Positions 27,357-36,537 of a DNA stretch of 64,000 nucleotides are shown in pieces. The stretch lies in the IMG/VR virus record IMGVR_UViG_3300031949_000001, positions 155,305 through 219,304 of that record; one strand, given 5' to 3'. The stretch's first letter is position 1. Each line of letters opens with the position of its first letter. A program made the position numbers and the translations under genes. The DNA is from a virus (lineage: Duplodnaviria > Heunggongvirae > Uroviricota > Caudoviricetes). Below the pieces are notes generated by a model. The model saw nothing but the letters and a program-made list of their open reading frames with translations. It did not search any database and was not told the DNA's origin.

Positions 27357-27427
27357 GTTATTTCGGAATATCAGAAACTGTGCTCGAAACTCCGCATTTT
27401 TGCGGTTATTTCGGAATATCAGAAACT
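27357..27427. repeat. Two copies of a 23-bp direct repeat in the gp55-gp47 gap
   Basis: GTTATTTCGGAATATCAGAAACT at 27357-27379 and 27405-27427; CCGCA-TTTT-TGCGG hairpin between them. Confidence 0.9.
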
Positions 27428-27430
27428 CCG

Positions 27431-28048
27431 TTATTCTTCTGTTCGTTCAGGATAGCGAGGCTTGGAGTCATCGTCCGAGCCTTCTTTGGAATTTTTTCTC
27501 TCTTCTTCATACTCAGCCATGTAATTAAAAGACGGCGACAGACCCAATGAAATGAGTGTCTCGTTCTTCACGTTGGCTTGCTTCTTTTCTAGGTTCAGGT
27601 ATTGTTTGAAGCTATTCGTTACACAAGTGGTAAAAAATGCAAATGGATTTTTCCCGCGCTTTTCATTGAAGGCAGTCCAAGTTTTAACGAGCATCAACAT
27701 TGCATAGGACTGCATGTCGTCGTTATAGGAATAACTTGCAAACTGCCCCTTCTTGGCATAACGTCGGCAAAGCGTTTGAAGCATAACGGCGAGGTTGTGT
27801 GACATCCCACCGTTTGCCTTACTTATCATGACTTCTGCAAGAAGGTCTTTATTGTTTATGTAGTTCTTCTTTCTCTTGGTGCCAGTATCTACCACCGGAG
27901 GAGTTTCGTCAAGTATTTCTTTCTCAAGCTTCAGGATTTCCGGGTCCACTTCATCGGATTCAAGGGAAATCAAAATTTCTTTTACTTTTTCTTCGTTTAT
28001 TTCAAAAATACCGCTTTTCTCGTCTATTGTAGATAATTCTTCTACCAT
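27431..28048 (-). CDS. gp55: Late-transcription sigma factor (T4 gp55-like)
   Basis: NYINNKDLL, YSYNDDMQSYA, F....KNPFAFFT...NSFKQYL..EKKQ. Start reassigned to 28048 (AGGAGG upstream). Confidence 0.9.
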   Translation of the reverse strand: MVEELSTIDEKSGIFEINEEKVKEILISLESDEVDPEILKLEKEILDETPPVVDTGTKRKKNYINNKDLLAEVMISKANGGMSHNLAVMLQTLCRRYAKKGQFASYSYNDDMQSYAMLMLVKTWTAFNEKRGKNPFAFFTTCVTNSFKQYLNLEKKQANVKNETLISLGLSPSFNYMAEYEEERKNSKEGSDDDSKPRYPERTEE

Positions 28049-28186
28049 ACTTTCGACCCTCCTTTTTATTTTTATTATTGGGTGTAAAGTGTTTGACAAT
28101 TTTTATCAGAAAAGTTCCATCATGTTCAATATTTCGTCTTGTTCACGAAACGTGGACAAAGGGAAATCCTGAACAACGATAAGTAC

Positions 28187-28215
28187 ATAATACTTCATGT
28201 ATTTTCAATAGTCAA
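28187..28215 (-). promoter_or_regulatory. sigma70-type promoter for the gp55-gp47-gp46 operon
   Basis: TTGACT-17 nt-TATTAT. Confidence 0.75.
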
Positions 28216-28221
28216 CCATCT

Positions 28222-28229
28222 GATAAATA
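28222..28229 (+). promoter_or_regulatory. T4-type late promoter (tube initiator-gp53-hub)
   Basis: GATAAATA upstream of 28257. Confidence 0.7.
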
Positions 28230-28256
28230 AGGTAATGATAACTTTAGGGTGAACAC

Positions 28257-29045
28257 ATGGCTATAACACGAGCACTACCGGGCACAATGACCCAAGCGTT
28301 TAAAGTTCGATTGGAGTCTTCCTCCGATCCAAGTGATATTGTTATCTTCGATGTCTCTCCAGAAGTTACCGAAGAATGTTCGGTTAATTATCAATCATTA
28401 AACCCGATTCATATGCCTGGGAACATTTGGGTCTATCAGAACACAGAATCCAGAAACTTCGGAATTAACGCTAGATTGGTAGCCCGTACCACCAAAGAAG
28501 CTAGACGTAACATGGAATATTTTAATTTGCTTCGTGGATGGTGTCAACCGTATTTCGGTTTGGGAACGGCGGGCTCACAAAGTCGAAACGCATCAGCCCA
28601 ACAAGTACCCGCGAATCCCTTTTCTCAGACTATATCTCCGACGATTCCCGGAACCGGGCAGCAGCGACTGAAAAATCTGTTGGGTGCTCCACCTGATGTT
28701 CTATATCTATATGCGTATTCCGGGGTGATGCCTCAAAGTTCTGTAAGTGGTCCTGGTGGGGGAACTGGCGCTGCCGCTAATAGAGCCTCAAGAGAACATC
28801 TTGGAAACATTTTTAAAGTCCCTGTGGTTATCAAAACATTCAGCCATACCTATCCAGCCGACGTGGATTATATTCCAACTGCTGGCGGCGGGGTTAATTT
28901 TTCAGAAAATGATAGCCGAACTGGTGTCCCATTTCCAACAATTATGACTGTTACGGTGGCTCTCATTGAGGTTCACTCACCGACCTCCTTTGCACAGAAT
29001 TTTGATTTGTCTAGTTATAAATTAGGCATACTCCCGGAGTTCTAA
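28257..29045 (+). CDS. Probable tail tube initiator / baseplate cap (gp48/gp54-like)
   Basis: Late promoter at 28222; followed by the gp53- and hub-like genes; tube-fold-like strands (IFDVSPEVTE..SVNY; PVVIKTFSHTYP; PTIMTVTVALIE). Confidence 0.55.
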   Translation: MAITRALPGTMTQAFKVRLESSSDPSDIVIFDVSPEVTEECSVNYQSLNPIHMPGNIWVYQNTESRNFGINARLVARTTKEARRNMEYFNLLRGWCQPYFGLGTAGSQSRNASAQQVPANPFSQTISPTIPGTGQQRLKNLLGAPPDVLYLYAYSGVMPQSSVSGPGGGTGAAANRASREHLGNIFKVPVVIKTFSHTYPADVDYIPTAGGGVNFSENDSRTGVPFPTIMTVTVALIEVHSPTSFAQNFDLSSYKLGILPEF

Positions 29046-29380
29046 TGGCTAACAATAACCCACAAGTGCGTGTACCAGTTTCATCTGCCAATGACGCGAC
29101 CTCTCGTTATGTCATGGGAGGGGCGACGGATCAATTAAACCCAGGATTTTTGGATTGGTGGGAGGAAACCATTTTCCCGCCAGCATTGGATGACATTCCG
29201 TTTACTATAACCCGAAAGTACGATAAGCGTCCGGATCTATTGGCATACGATACATATGGAAAGGATAAGAAAATGTGGCTTATCCTTCAATACAACAACA
29301 TACAAGACATCAACACAGAATTTGTCGAAGGCAAAGAAATTCTACTAATGTCTCCTCAAAGAGTTCTGTCATTGGGCTAA
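29045..29380 (+). CDS. gp53: Baseplate wedge protein, LysM-like (T4 gp53-like)
   Basis: YDKRPDLLAYDTYG....WLILQYNNI.D...F..G..I.L. Confidence 0.8.
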   Translation: MANNNPQVRVPVSSANDATSRYVMGGATDQLNPGFLDWWEETIFPPALDDIPFTITRKYDKRPDLLAYDTYGKDKKMWLILQYNNIQDINTEFVEGKEILLMSPQRVLSLG

Positions 29381-29381
29381 A

Positions 29382-31934
29382 ATGGCAATCAATACGCAGA
29401 CTGATTTAACTTTAAATTCAGACAATCCCTTACACAAATATAGAACGTATAGCTATCATCACGTTCTCTTGGCGTGCATCGACAACACGATTGTTGAAGA
29501 CGCGTTTACAAACATGCCATTCGATCAATTATTGCCATCCTCGGCAGCTATTGGAAATGTAACGGCTAGATGCCAGCCTCGATATGTGGATAATAATCCG
29601 GAAAAACCATATATTGTAATGATAAACACACAAGTTGATGCTGAATTTTTAATCAAAGGTATTACATTCAAACTTATTCCTGCTCCACCAGACAAGCCAG
29701 TTGAAGGATTGAAAGACTATCAGTGGGCTCGATCCGCATTCGTTAATGGTGGTACCATGGTAATCGAAGAACCTTTCGGAATTAGGTTTGGAGACATGAT
29801 GTCCCAAGTTTCTCAAAATTTGAATGCTCCACCGGAACGTGTTGTATTTGTTTTAAAGACGGCATTTTTTGGTTTTACTGATCAAGGTGTATCTACCATC
29901 CAACGAATTCGACCTCTTTCGCTTTGTTTTATAAAAATAGAGGCAAATTTTACGGCTGCTGGTGGGCATTACGAACTTGAGTTTGTCCCATACGCTAACG
30001 GTTTCGCTAATAGAAAAGAAGTTGCTAGCGTCGGCTCTTTCATCAAATTTCAATCAGGTTCTACCATCCAAGAAGCTATGTCGAAGATGGTTTCCGTATT
30101 GAACAATGAGCAAAAAAAATTAAACGAACGAGAACCTAGCTTACAGCCAGTCGAATACGACATCGTAGTGGAAGACCAGTTCAAAACATATACTTTTATT
30201 GATTCCATTAACGCGCCAAATAAAAATAAAAACGAGATTCAATTCTCTGCATCCGGTAATGATTCAATAACTCAAATCATTGAAAAAATTATGATGCTTT
30301 CGCCTCAAGTGCAAGAAGCATATTCGAGACCATCCCAAACTCCATCACAAACAGAATCGAATCCAAAAACTGATCGGTTTGTTTTTAAAATTTATTCCGA
30401 TGTAACAAATACACGCAAAGTGTTCAAAGTTACCTACCACATCTTCCCCCAAAAAGTCATTGTAGCTCCTATTGCTACCGAAGAAGACAAAAAGAATCCA
30501 ACGATCCTTATTCAAAAACGAAAAGATGCTGTAGCTACATTTATAGCCGATGCCAAGGCAGACAACAATTTTCTTGAATACAACTACATCTATAGTGGCA
30601 AGAATGTAGATATCCTGGATTTTGAGATGCGATTAAATCTATGGACAACATTCCAAGCATATTACCTCGAAGAGCAGCATTGGACGGCGCGGAGTGAGAT
30701 TAAAAACAATACGAATGCATGTTTTATGACGACGGGAAAAGACGATTTTATGGATAATCCAACTCCAAACAAATCTGGTAAACTACAGACTGTAGCTGAA
30801 TTACCACCAAAAATGAATCTAGCAATAAGAGACTTTAATAGTTTTGAAAAATTTAATGATTATTTGACACGAACTATTTCATTGTCTACTGGTGCTACAT
30901 ACCTTAATATGACAATCGCTGGCGACCCTCGTCTGTATGCTGGTTATTTGAGTAGTCCGTTTAAAAATGGTAAGTTAGTTGATCCCAAATCATTGGCTGG
31001 ACAATCTGCTGAAGTCATGAACAATTGGGCACAAGTTCCGGCTCTAGTAAAAATTAATGTGTTCATGCCAAATCCGCCAACGGCAATTACCCAAGATCAA
31101 ACAGTACAACAAGCCTTTTCCGCCCCCTTTTGGTTTGATGGTCTTTATCAAATCATGTCGATTACGAACGTGTTCGGTGAAGATGGTAAGTTTACGCAAC
31201 AATTAGAAATGTTACCAATATCTGGTGATTACAACATTGCTGACTTGACAGGACTCGGTACGACGGGCGAAACTGATACGGATACGATTCCTGCTGCATC
31301 ACCGAAGGTTGACCTTGTTGCTAAGTTGACAGAAGACCAGAAACAATGCTTGTCACATGCTCACAATGCCGCTAAAAACAATGGAATGTCTTCAGAAACT
31401 CTACAAGCTATTTTGTTGGTGGATTCCAATGCTTGTTTGGAATCGGCACGTCAAAATAAACTCGATAGAAATTCAAATATTGTTCGCGGCGCTACAATAT
31501 TGACGGTTTCGCGTGTTCAAGATTATCTTTCGAAAGATCCGACGCCTCTTACCACCCTCAGTAAAAAGAGAGGAATTACATATACAAACAATGCGGATAG
31601 TGTTCGTTTGTTGCTTTTCACTAACGATGAATTCAACCTGGATCTATGCGCAAAAATTTGGATACAGGATAGGTCGGTTATTGAGCAAATATTCAGAGCA
31701 TCTGGCGCCGGTTTGACGCCTGCTCAAAGCAATATTACGGATCAAGCTACATTGGCACATCATACTATGGCAACCAATCCAGCCGCCACTACGAAATTTG
31801 ATGATGTAAACTTCTCCATTGCCGCAGATGCGCCTGTAACTGCCCAAGAAGGTTATATTAAACAAATCAACACACAGAAAGAACTTATTATTCAATACAA
31901 CGCTGTCGTCTTTCCACAAGTCGCATCGCATTAA
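29382..31934 (+). CDS. Baseplate hub-like protein (gp27/VgrG N-terminal class) with a C-terminal degenerate SLT-like domain
   Basis: NPLHKYRTYSYH N-terminus, MTIAGDP, GLYQIMSITNVF..GKFTQQLEM hub motifs; C-terminal domain aligns by eye with ORF 32662-33384. Confidence 0.65.
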   Translation: MAINTQTDLTLNSDNPLHKYRTYSYHHVLLACIDNTIVEDAFTNMPFDQLLPSSAAIGNVTARCQPRYVDNNPEKPYIVMINTQVDAEFLIKGITFKLIPAPPDKPVEGLKDYQWARSAFVNGGTMVIEEPFGIRFGDMMSQVSQNLNAPPERVVFVLKTAFFGFTDQGVSTIQRIRPLSLCFIKIEANFTAAGGHYELEFVPYANGFANRKEVASVGSFIKFQSGSTIQEAMSKMVSVLNNEQKKLNEREPSLQPVEYDIVVEDQFKTYTFIDSINAPNKNKNEIQFSASGNDSITQIIEKIMMLSPQVQEAYSRPSQTPSQTESNPKTDRFVFKIYSDVTNTRKVFKVTYHIFPQKVIVAPIATEEDKKNPTILIQKRKDAVATFIADAKADNNFLEYNYIYSGKNVDILDFEMRLNLWTTFQAYYLEEQHWTARSEIKNNTNACFMTTGKDDFMDNPTPNKSGKLQTVAELPPKMNLAIRDFNSFEKFNDYLTRTISLSTGATYLNMTIAGDPRLYAGYLSSPFKNGKLVDPKSLAGQSAEVMNNWAQVPALVKINVFMPNPPTAITQDQTVQQAFSAPFWFDGLYQIMSITNVFGEDGKFTQQLEMLPISGDYNIADLTGLGTTGETDTDTIPAASPKVDLVAKLTEDQKQCLSHAHNAAKNNGMSSETLQAILLVDSNACLESARQNKLDRNSNIVRGATILTVSRVQDYLSKDPTPLTTLSKKRGITYTNNADSVRLLLFTNDEFNLDLCAKIWIQDRSVIEQIFRASGAGLTPAQSNITDQATLAHHTMATNPAATTKFDDVNFSIAADAPVTAQEGYIKQINTQKELIIQYNAVVFPQVASH

Positions 31935-31938
31935 CATC

Positions 31939-31967
31939 TTGCTTTCTGCTTCGAATTCTGATATACT
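31939..31967 (+). promoter_or_regulatory. sigma70-type promoter for the dsbA-like gene
   Basis: TTGCTT-17 nt-TATACT with TGn extension. Confidence 0.7.
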
Positions 31968-32006
31968 TACCTAGTAGTCTGTAACAATAAAAACAGGAGA
32001 TTAAAA

Positions 32007-32279
32007 ATGTCAGACAATAACCAAACATCGACCATTGCTAACAAGGAAGGTCGCGAGAAGTTCAAACTCTTGATTGACGAAATCGTCGCCGGGATGACCC
32101 GCAAGGCATCCGAAGACGAACAGATCAAAGAAACCGTCAAGCAAATCAAAGCAGAATTTAATATCAAGACAAAGGTTGTCAACGCTGTCGCCAAGGCTGC
32201 GTTTAAGTGCAACTTCAATGATGTTCGTGAAGAGTACAGCGAAATTGTTGACTTGTATGAGAACGTAATGACCACGTAA
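32007..32279 (+). CDS. dsbA: Double-stranded DNA-binding protein (T4 DsbA-like)
   Basis: 90 aa helical protein with pattern IKE....IK.EF.I..K.VN...K......F.....E...I.DLYE; SD AGGAG. Confidence 0.7.
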   Translation: MSDNNQTSTIANKEGREKFKLLIDEIVAGMTRKASEDEQIKETVKQIKAEFNIKTKVVNAVAKAAFKCNFNDVREEYSEIVDLYENVMTT

Positions 32280-32384
32280 GCTAATGGCATTTGTTAGAGC
32301 CTTCTCGCTTAATGGAATTCTTAGTTATCTCTTTGATTAATATGATAGAACCGACTCATATCTTTACCAACCTAATCTCATTGC

Positions 32385-32413
32385 TTGACAGCGAGCCTTA
32401 AATCGGATAAAAT
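32385..32413 (+). promoter_or_regulatory. Near-consensus sigma70 promoter upstream of the SLT / DNA polymerase operon
   Basis: TTGACA-17 nt-TAAAAT. Confidence 0.8.
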
Positions 32414-32661
32414 CCTGGTATGGATTAATCGCACACTCACAATGAAAGAGGATAAATACTACTATGGACGCGCTTGATTACGGCAAACAAACGCCTAACC
32501 TTTATCAAGAACCGTCCCTTTCCAAAGATTGGATCATTCAGTCAACCCCCTCGTTATTGTTCAATTAGCTTTTTCGTAAATTTAACTAGACAAGGTCATT
32601 AGTCGTATGTTGTGTTCGTTGTGAATTGTTGTAGATTTAATCCGTAAAACTATAGGAGGTA

Positions 32662-33384
32662 ATGATGAGAGTTGTTATTATCAGTATCTTCTTGTTAAAC
32701 CTATTGACAAGCTTCTATGTCGGGTTGGTTTTTCAAGATAAATTCCAAGAGTTGCGCGTACAGGAAGAACAAGAACAAATTACCCTTGTTCTGAAAGAAA
32801 GGGAAGAAGAGCAAAGATTAATCGATTTTAAGAAGTTTCCTAACCTTAGACTTGCAGGTTTCAATAAGGCGCAAACAAAGCTTATGGCGACCGCGTATGA
32901 GTTAGGTATGGATTATAACTACGAGACACGAGAGGTTGTCGAGGGTCTCCTTCTTCAAGAATCGATTGCCGGGGCGGTAGACAGAGTCGGTGGTAAACAT
33001 TTACCGGTCGGCTTGCGATACTACGGTGTTATGCAAATGAAGGTTACGGCAGTTCAAGATGTACTTGCGACACATCCTAAGTTTTGTGCGCAGTTTTTTC
33101 ATAAATCCTATGGAAAGATTTCGTCAGAGGAAATCATTGCTAAGCTGATAACCGATGATCCATTCACGATTCGAATGGCTTATGCCTATTACGACAAATA
33201 TAGAAAGCGCAGCAAAGATGTCTACCACGCAATCACCGTGTACAATCAAGGTCCAGGTGGAGCACGGTTGGTAGATGATCATGAAGAGTTTGAATACACG
33301 GCTAACGTCATTAGACATATACGCTATAACGTCCGCCCGTTTAACAAGCAATTAGAAAAAAAGTTTGATCTAAATAATACATGA
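32662..33384 (+). CDS. Lytic transglycosylase (SLT / goose-lysozyme-like) with an N-terminal membrane anchor
   Basis: LLLQES (catalytic Glu, 32959-32961), YYGVMQM, AITVYNQGPG; hydrophobic residues 4-24; SD AGGAGG. Confidence 0.8.
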   Translation: MMRVVIISIFLLNLLTSFYVGLVFQDKFQELRVQEEQEQITLVLKEREEEQRLIDFKKFPNLRLAGFNKAQTKLMATAYELGMDYNYETREVVEGLLLQESIAGAVDRVGGKHLPVGLRYYGVMQMKVTAVQDVLATHPKFCAQFFHKSYGKISSEEIIAKLITDDPFTIRMAYAYYDKYRKRSKDVYHAITVYNQGPGGARLVDDHEEFEYTANVIRHIRYNVRPFNKQLEKKFDLNNT

Positions 33385-36065
33385 GCTATATTTCTTCCCT
33401 CAGGCGCGGCAGCGACGTTCTGGTTTGGGAGAGAGGAGACAGTGGGGTACGCGAAGTAAAGCGCTACCCCGCCCCGTACTTTTTCTATACCGAAGATGAC
33501 GAAGGTGACGAAGTCAGCATTCTTGGAAAGAAGCTGAAGCGTCACGACTTTGATTCGTATGACGAGTTTTCTAAGATTCGCGACCAACTCAGACAGGCTC
33601 GTCATAATCTCTATGAATCGGATATTCCTCCAGAAATTAAGATTCTCTCACAGCACTATTACGGCAAGCCCGCCCCGAAACTCAATATCACATTTTTGGA
33701 TATTGAAGTTATCTACAATACCATCATAGGACCGGCGAAGCCAAGTAATTCCTATGCTCCTGTGACTTCGGTTTCTATCCACAATATGTGGCAGAATCGA
33801 ACAGTCATCTATGCGGTCCCACCAAAGGATTGGAATGGAAATATTGATCCAACTTTACATACTCTTGCTGAAATTAAAATCTGTAAGAATGAAAAAGAAT
33901 TGCTCTTGCGCTTTCTGGAAGAGATCGAAGACGCTGATGTTTTGAGTGGATGGAATAGCGGTGGTTTTGACATTCCATATCTCTGTAAACGTATTGAATC
34001 CCAATTAGGTCCAAAGCATCTCAAAAGGATGAGTTTTGATTTGGCTGATACACCTCGATATCGTGATGTTGAAAAATACGGACAACTTGCTTTAACAGTC
34101 GAACTTTCCGGACGAGTTCATTTGGATTATTGGGACTTGTTTCTGAAGTATGAAGAAGAAAAACGCCAGTCATATAAGTTGGAAAGTGTGTCAGAGGATG
34201 TTCTACCAGATATGCCAAAACTCAAGTATGAAGGATCGTTGAACAATTTGTACGAAAAAGACTTCAACTTCTTCATGCGATACAACATCCGAGATACGGA
34301 AATTCTTCGAGGATTCGAAGATAAACTAGGCTATGTGCGCTTGGCTAATGAAATGTGCCATATATCAGTTGGTCAGTTCCGTGACGTTACTGGAACAACT
34401 CGCTTGTCAGATTACGCTGTGATTAATTTCTGTCACTATGAGCATGATAAGAAACTAAGGGTTTTTGATTATGAAAACAAAGACACGGGTGAGGAAATCA
34501 AAGGCGCCTGGGTTTTGTTACCTCAGTCTGGCTTGCATTCCTACTGTGCCGCTATTGACGTAACCTCGCTATATCCGAACGTGATCATCGCCTTGAATAT
34601 CAGTCCCGAAACGCTAATTGGACAGTTCCCGGAAAAGATGATGGCTTGGGAAAAGATATCCAAAGGCACTGATGACATTTTGTTGTTCGAACACAATGAT
34701 GAAGCTGGAACTCTTGAAGAGCATACTGCCAAAGAATGGAAAGTAATAATTAAAAAGAACATATGGGCAATCTCAGGTTTCGGAACGGTCTTTGATCAGA
34801 AAGTAAAAGGCATCATTCCGACGATTCTTGCTGGTTGGTTTGATAAGCGTAAACAACACAAGAAATCCAAAGTAACAGAATACGACTTGTATAAGAAGCT
34901 CAAAGAGAGCGAGCCAGCCAAGGCAAAAGAACACTTAGACCTTTCTGGATACTTTGATCGTCTGCAATATGTCTACAAGATTAAGATGAACAGTTTCTAT
35001 GGCGCCTTCTTAAATGCTTTCTTTAGATACTTCGACCCTCGCATGGGCGGTTCTGTAACAGCTACAGGACGTATTGTTCTAAATCACCAAGCCAAGAAAG
35101 TCACCGAATTGTTGGATGGTAATTATGACGTTGACTTCCCATTATATGAAACTATCAAAGAAGCAGAAGAAGTAGGCTTATCGCCTGATGTTGCTCTTCA
35201 CGGTCCAAGGTTCAAGGGTGAATTCGAATCAAAGTGTATTATTTATGGCGACACAGATTCGGCATATTTCAAAACTTATGCTCAAAACACTCCGGAAGCA
35301 GAAGAGATAGCAAATGCAGTTGCCAAGATAGTCAATAGTTCATTCAAACCATTCATGCAGGAAGCTTTCCTTTGCAACCCAGGCTATGATGAAAGAGTCC
35401 AGACGGCTCTTGAATTGGTCTCGGATCGTGCATTGTTTGTTGTTAAGAAGCGTTATGTTCTGCACTTAGTAAATTTCGAAGGTAACAAGGTAGATAAGCT
35501 TAAGATTCGTGGTTTGGAAATGCGCAAAACCACCACACCGAAACCGGTCCAGAAGTTCCTGGAAAATGTTGTTACGATGTTGCTTAAAGACGTGCCAATG
35601 ACAGAAATCGATCAAAATATTATCGATTTTCGTGATAGAATCACCAACGATGTTCCATTCTTTGAACTCGGTTTACCGATAGGAATTAAAAATCTTGAGA
35701 ACTACACCCAAGAATACAAAATCCATGGTGAGAAAGCGAAGATGCCTGGGCACGTCGCAGCCTCTGTTTTCTACAATGAATGCCTCTCAAGATATGAAGA
35801 TAAGATCACAATGCCCATAACATCGGGTATGAAGATTAAAGTTTTCTACCTGAAGGAGAAACAAGGCAAATTTAAGTCGATTGCATTGCCTACAGATATT
35901 GACATTATCCCGGAATGGTTTACAATGGATTATCAACCCATAATAGATCGAGCACTACAAAGTGAAAAACTTGTCGATGATAAGCTTGGTTTGATCTTCA
36001 AAGCAATTGGTAAGCAAGTTCCTACAAGACAGACCGTCATGGTCATGGATTTAATCGGAGTATAA
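33381..36065 (+). CDS. gp43: Family B DNA polymerase (T4 gp43-like)
   Basis: Exo motifs FLDIE, GWNSGGFDIPY, YNIRD; polymerase motifs DVTSLYP, KIKMNSFYG, YGDTDS; KKRY. Uninterrupted. Confidence 0.97.
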   Translation: MSYISSLRRGSDVLVWERGDSGVREVKRYPAPYFFYTEDDEGDEVSILGKKLKRHDFDSYDEFSKIRDQLRQARHNLYESDIPPEIKILSQHYYGKPAPKLNITFLDIEVIYNTIIGPAKPSNSYAPVTSVSIHNMWQNRTVIYAVPPKDWNGNIDPTLHTLAEIKICKNEKELLLRFLEEIEDADVLSGWNSGGFDIPYLCKRIESQLGPKHLKRMSFDLADTPRYRDVEKYGQLALTVELSGRVHLDYWDLFLKYEEEKRQSYKLESVSEDVLPDMPKLKYEGSLNNLYEKDFNFFMRYNIRDTEILRGFEDKLGYVRLANEMCHISVGQFRDVTGTTRLSDYAVINFCHYEHDKKLRVFDYENKDTGEEIKGAWVLLPQSGLHSYCAAIDVTSLYPNVIIALNISPETLIGQFPEKMMAWEKISKGTDDILLFEHNDEAGTLEEHTAKEWKVIIKKNIWAISGFGTVFDQKVKGIIPTILAGWFDKRKQHKKSKVTEYDLYKKLKESEPAKAKEHLDLSGYFDRLQYVYKIKMNSFYGAFLNAFFRYFDPRMGGSVTATGRIVLNHQAKKVTELLDGNYDVDFPLYETIKEAEEVGLSPDVALHGPRFKGEFESKCIIYGDTDSAYFKTYAQNTPEAEEIANAVAKIVNSSFKPFMQEAFLCNPGYDERVQTALELVSDRALFVVKKRYVLHLVNFEGNKVDKLKIRGLEMRKTTTPKPVQKFLENVVTMLLKDVPMTEIDQNIIDFRDRITNDVPFFELGLPIGIKNLENYTQEYKIHGEKAKMPGHVAASVFYNECLSRYEDKITMPITSGMKIKVFYLKEKQGKFKSIALPTDIDIIPEWFTMDYQPIIDRALQSEKLVDDKLGLIFKAIGKQVPTRQTVMVMDLIGV

Positions 36066-36067
36066 TA

Positions 36068-36355
36068 ATGATATCAAAAGAAAAAACCATAGGTGATTAT
36101 CAAGCGTTCGCAGATGAACTTAAAGTTCTGTGCGATAAACACGAAATTGACATTATAGGTACATGTTCCAATGAAGGAGTTTATGGAGAAATTACCTTTT
36201 TTGATCGAAACCATAAAGACGATACCAAAGTTCATTGGATACAACTTCCTCAAGCAATTACATATACAGTCACATTTGATGAATATAGCAATATCTATTG
36301 TTTAGACAATGAGAACTCAAGATGGAAGGCGCGTGTCGGTCGGAGTATAACATGA
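36068..36355 (+). CDS. Hypothetical protein
   Basis: 95 aa ORF packed between the polymerase and the next gene (ATGA overlap). Confidence 0.6.
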   Translation: MISKEKTIGDYQAFADELKVLCDKHEIDIIGTCSNEGVYGEITFFDRNHKDDTKVHWIQLPQAITYTVTFDEYSNIYCLDNENSRWKARVGRSIT

Positions 36356-36537
36356 CAATAAAAACAAAAGAGCAGATAGCTGATGAAATCCTAGAAGCCA
36401 TCATGGACAATCTCAATGATCGCGCGGGTATCGGTGATGAACTCGGCTTGATTGATGAAGACATTTATGAAGAGATGAAGACAGAATTGACCGAACTCAT
36501 CGCAAAGAAAATCAACGACTGGACTGCAACACTATGA
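36352..36537 (+). CDS. Small acidic hypothetical protein
   Basis: Start reassigned to 36352 (GGAG SD); ATGA overlaps at both ends. Confidence 0.6.
   Translation: MTIKTKEQIADEILEAIMDNLNDRAGIGDELGLIDEDIYEEMKTELTELIAKKINDWTATL

Noticed and set aside
27357-27427. CRISPR mini-array
   Set aside because: Only two 23-bp copies with a 25-bp spacer that itself contains part of the repeat; no cas genes or leader. Kept only as a direct repeat.
32464-32568. 34-aa ORF (MDALDYGKQ...) as a confident gene
   Set aside because: Short, no homology cue, and the adjacent late motif would start transcription at or after its ATG. Mentioned only as a possible leader ORF.
33381-36065. Intein or intron in the DNA polymerase
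   Set aside because: The ORF is continuous and of normal size; the ~40-aa insert between motifs B and C lacks intein (C...HN) or LAGLIDADG signatures.
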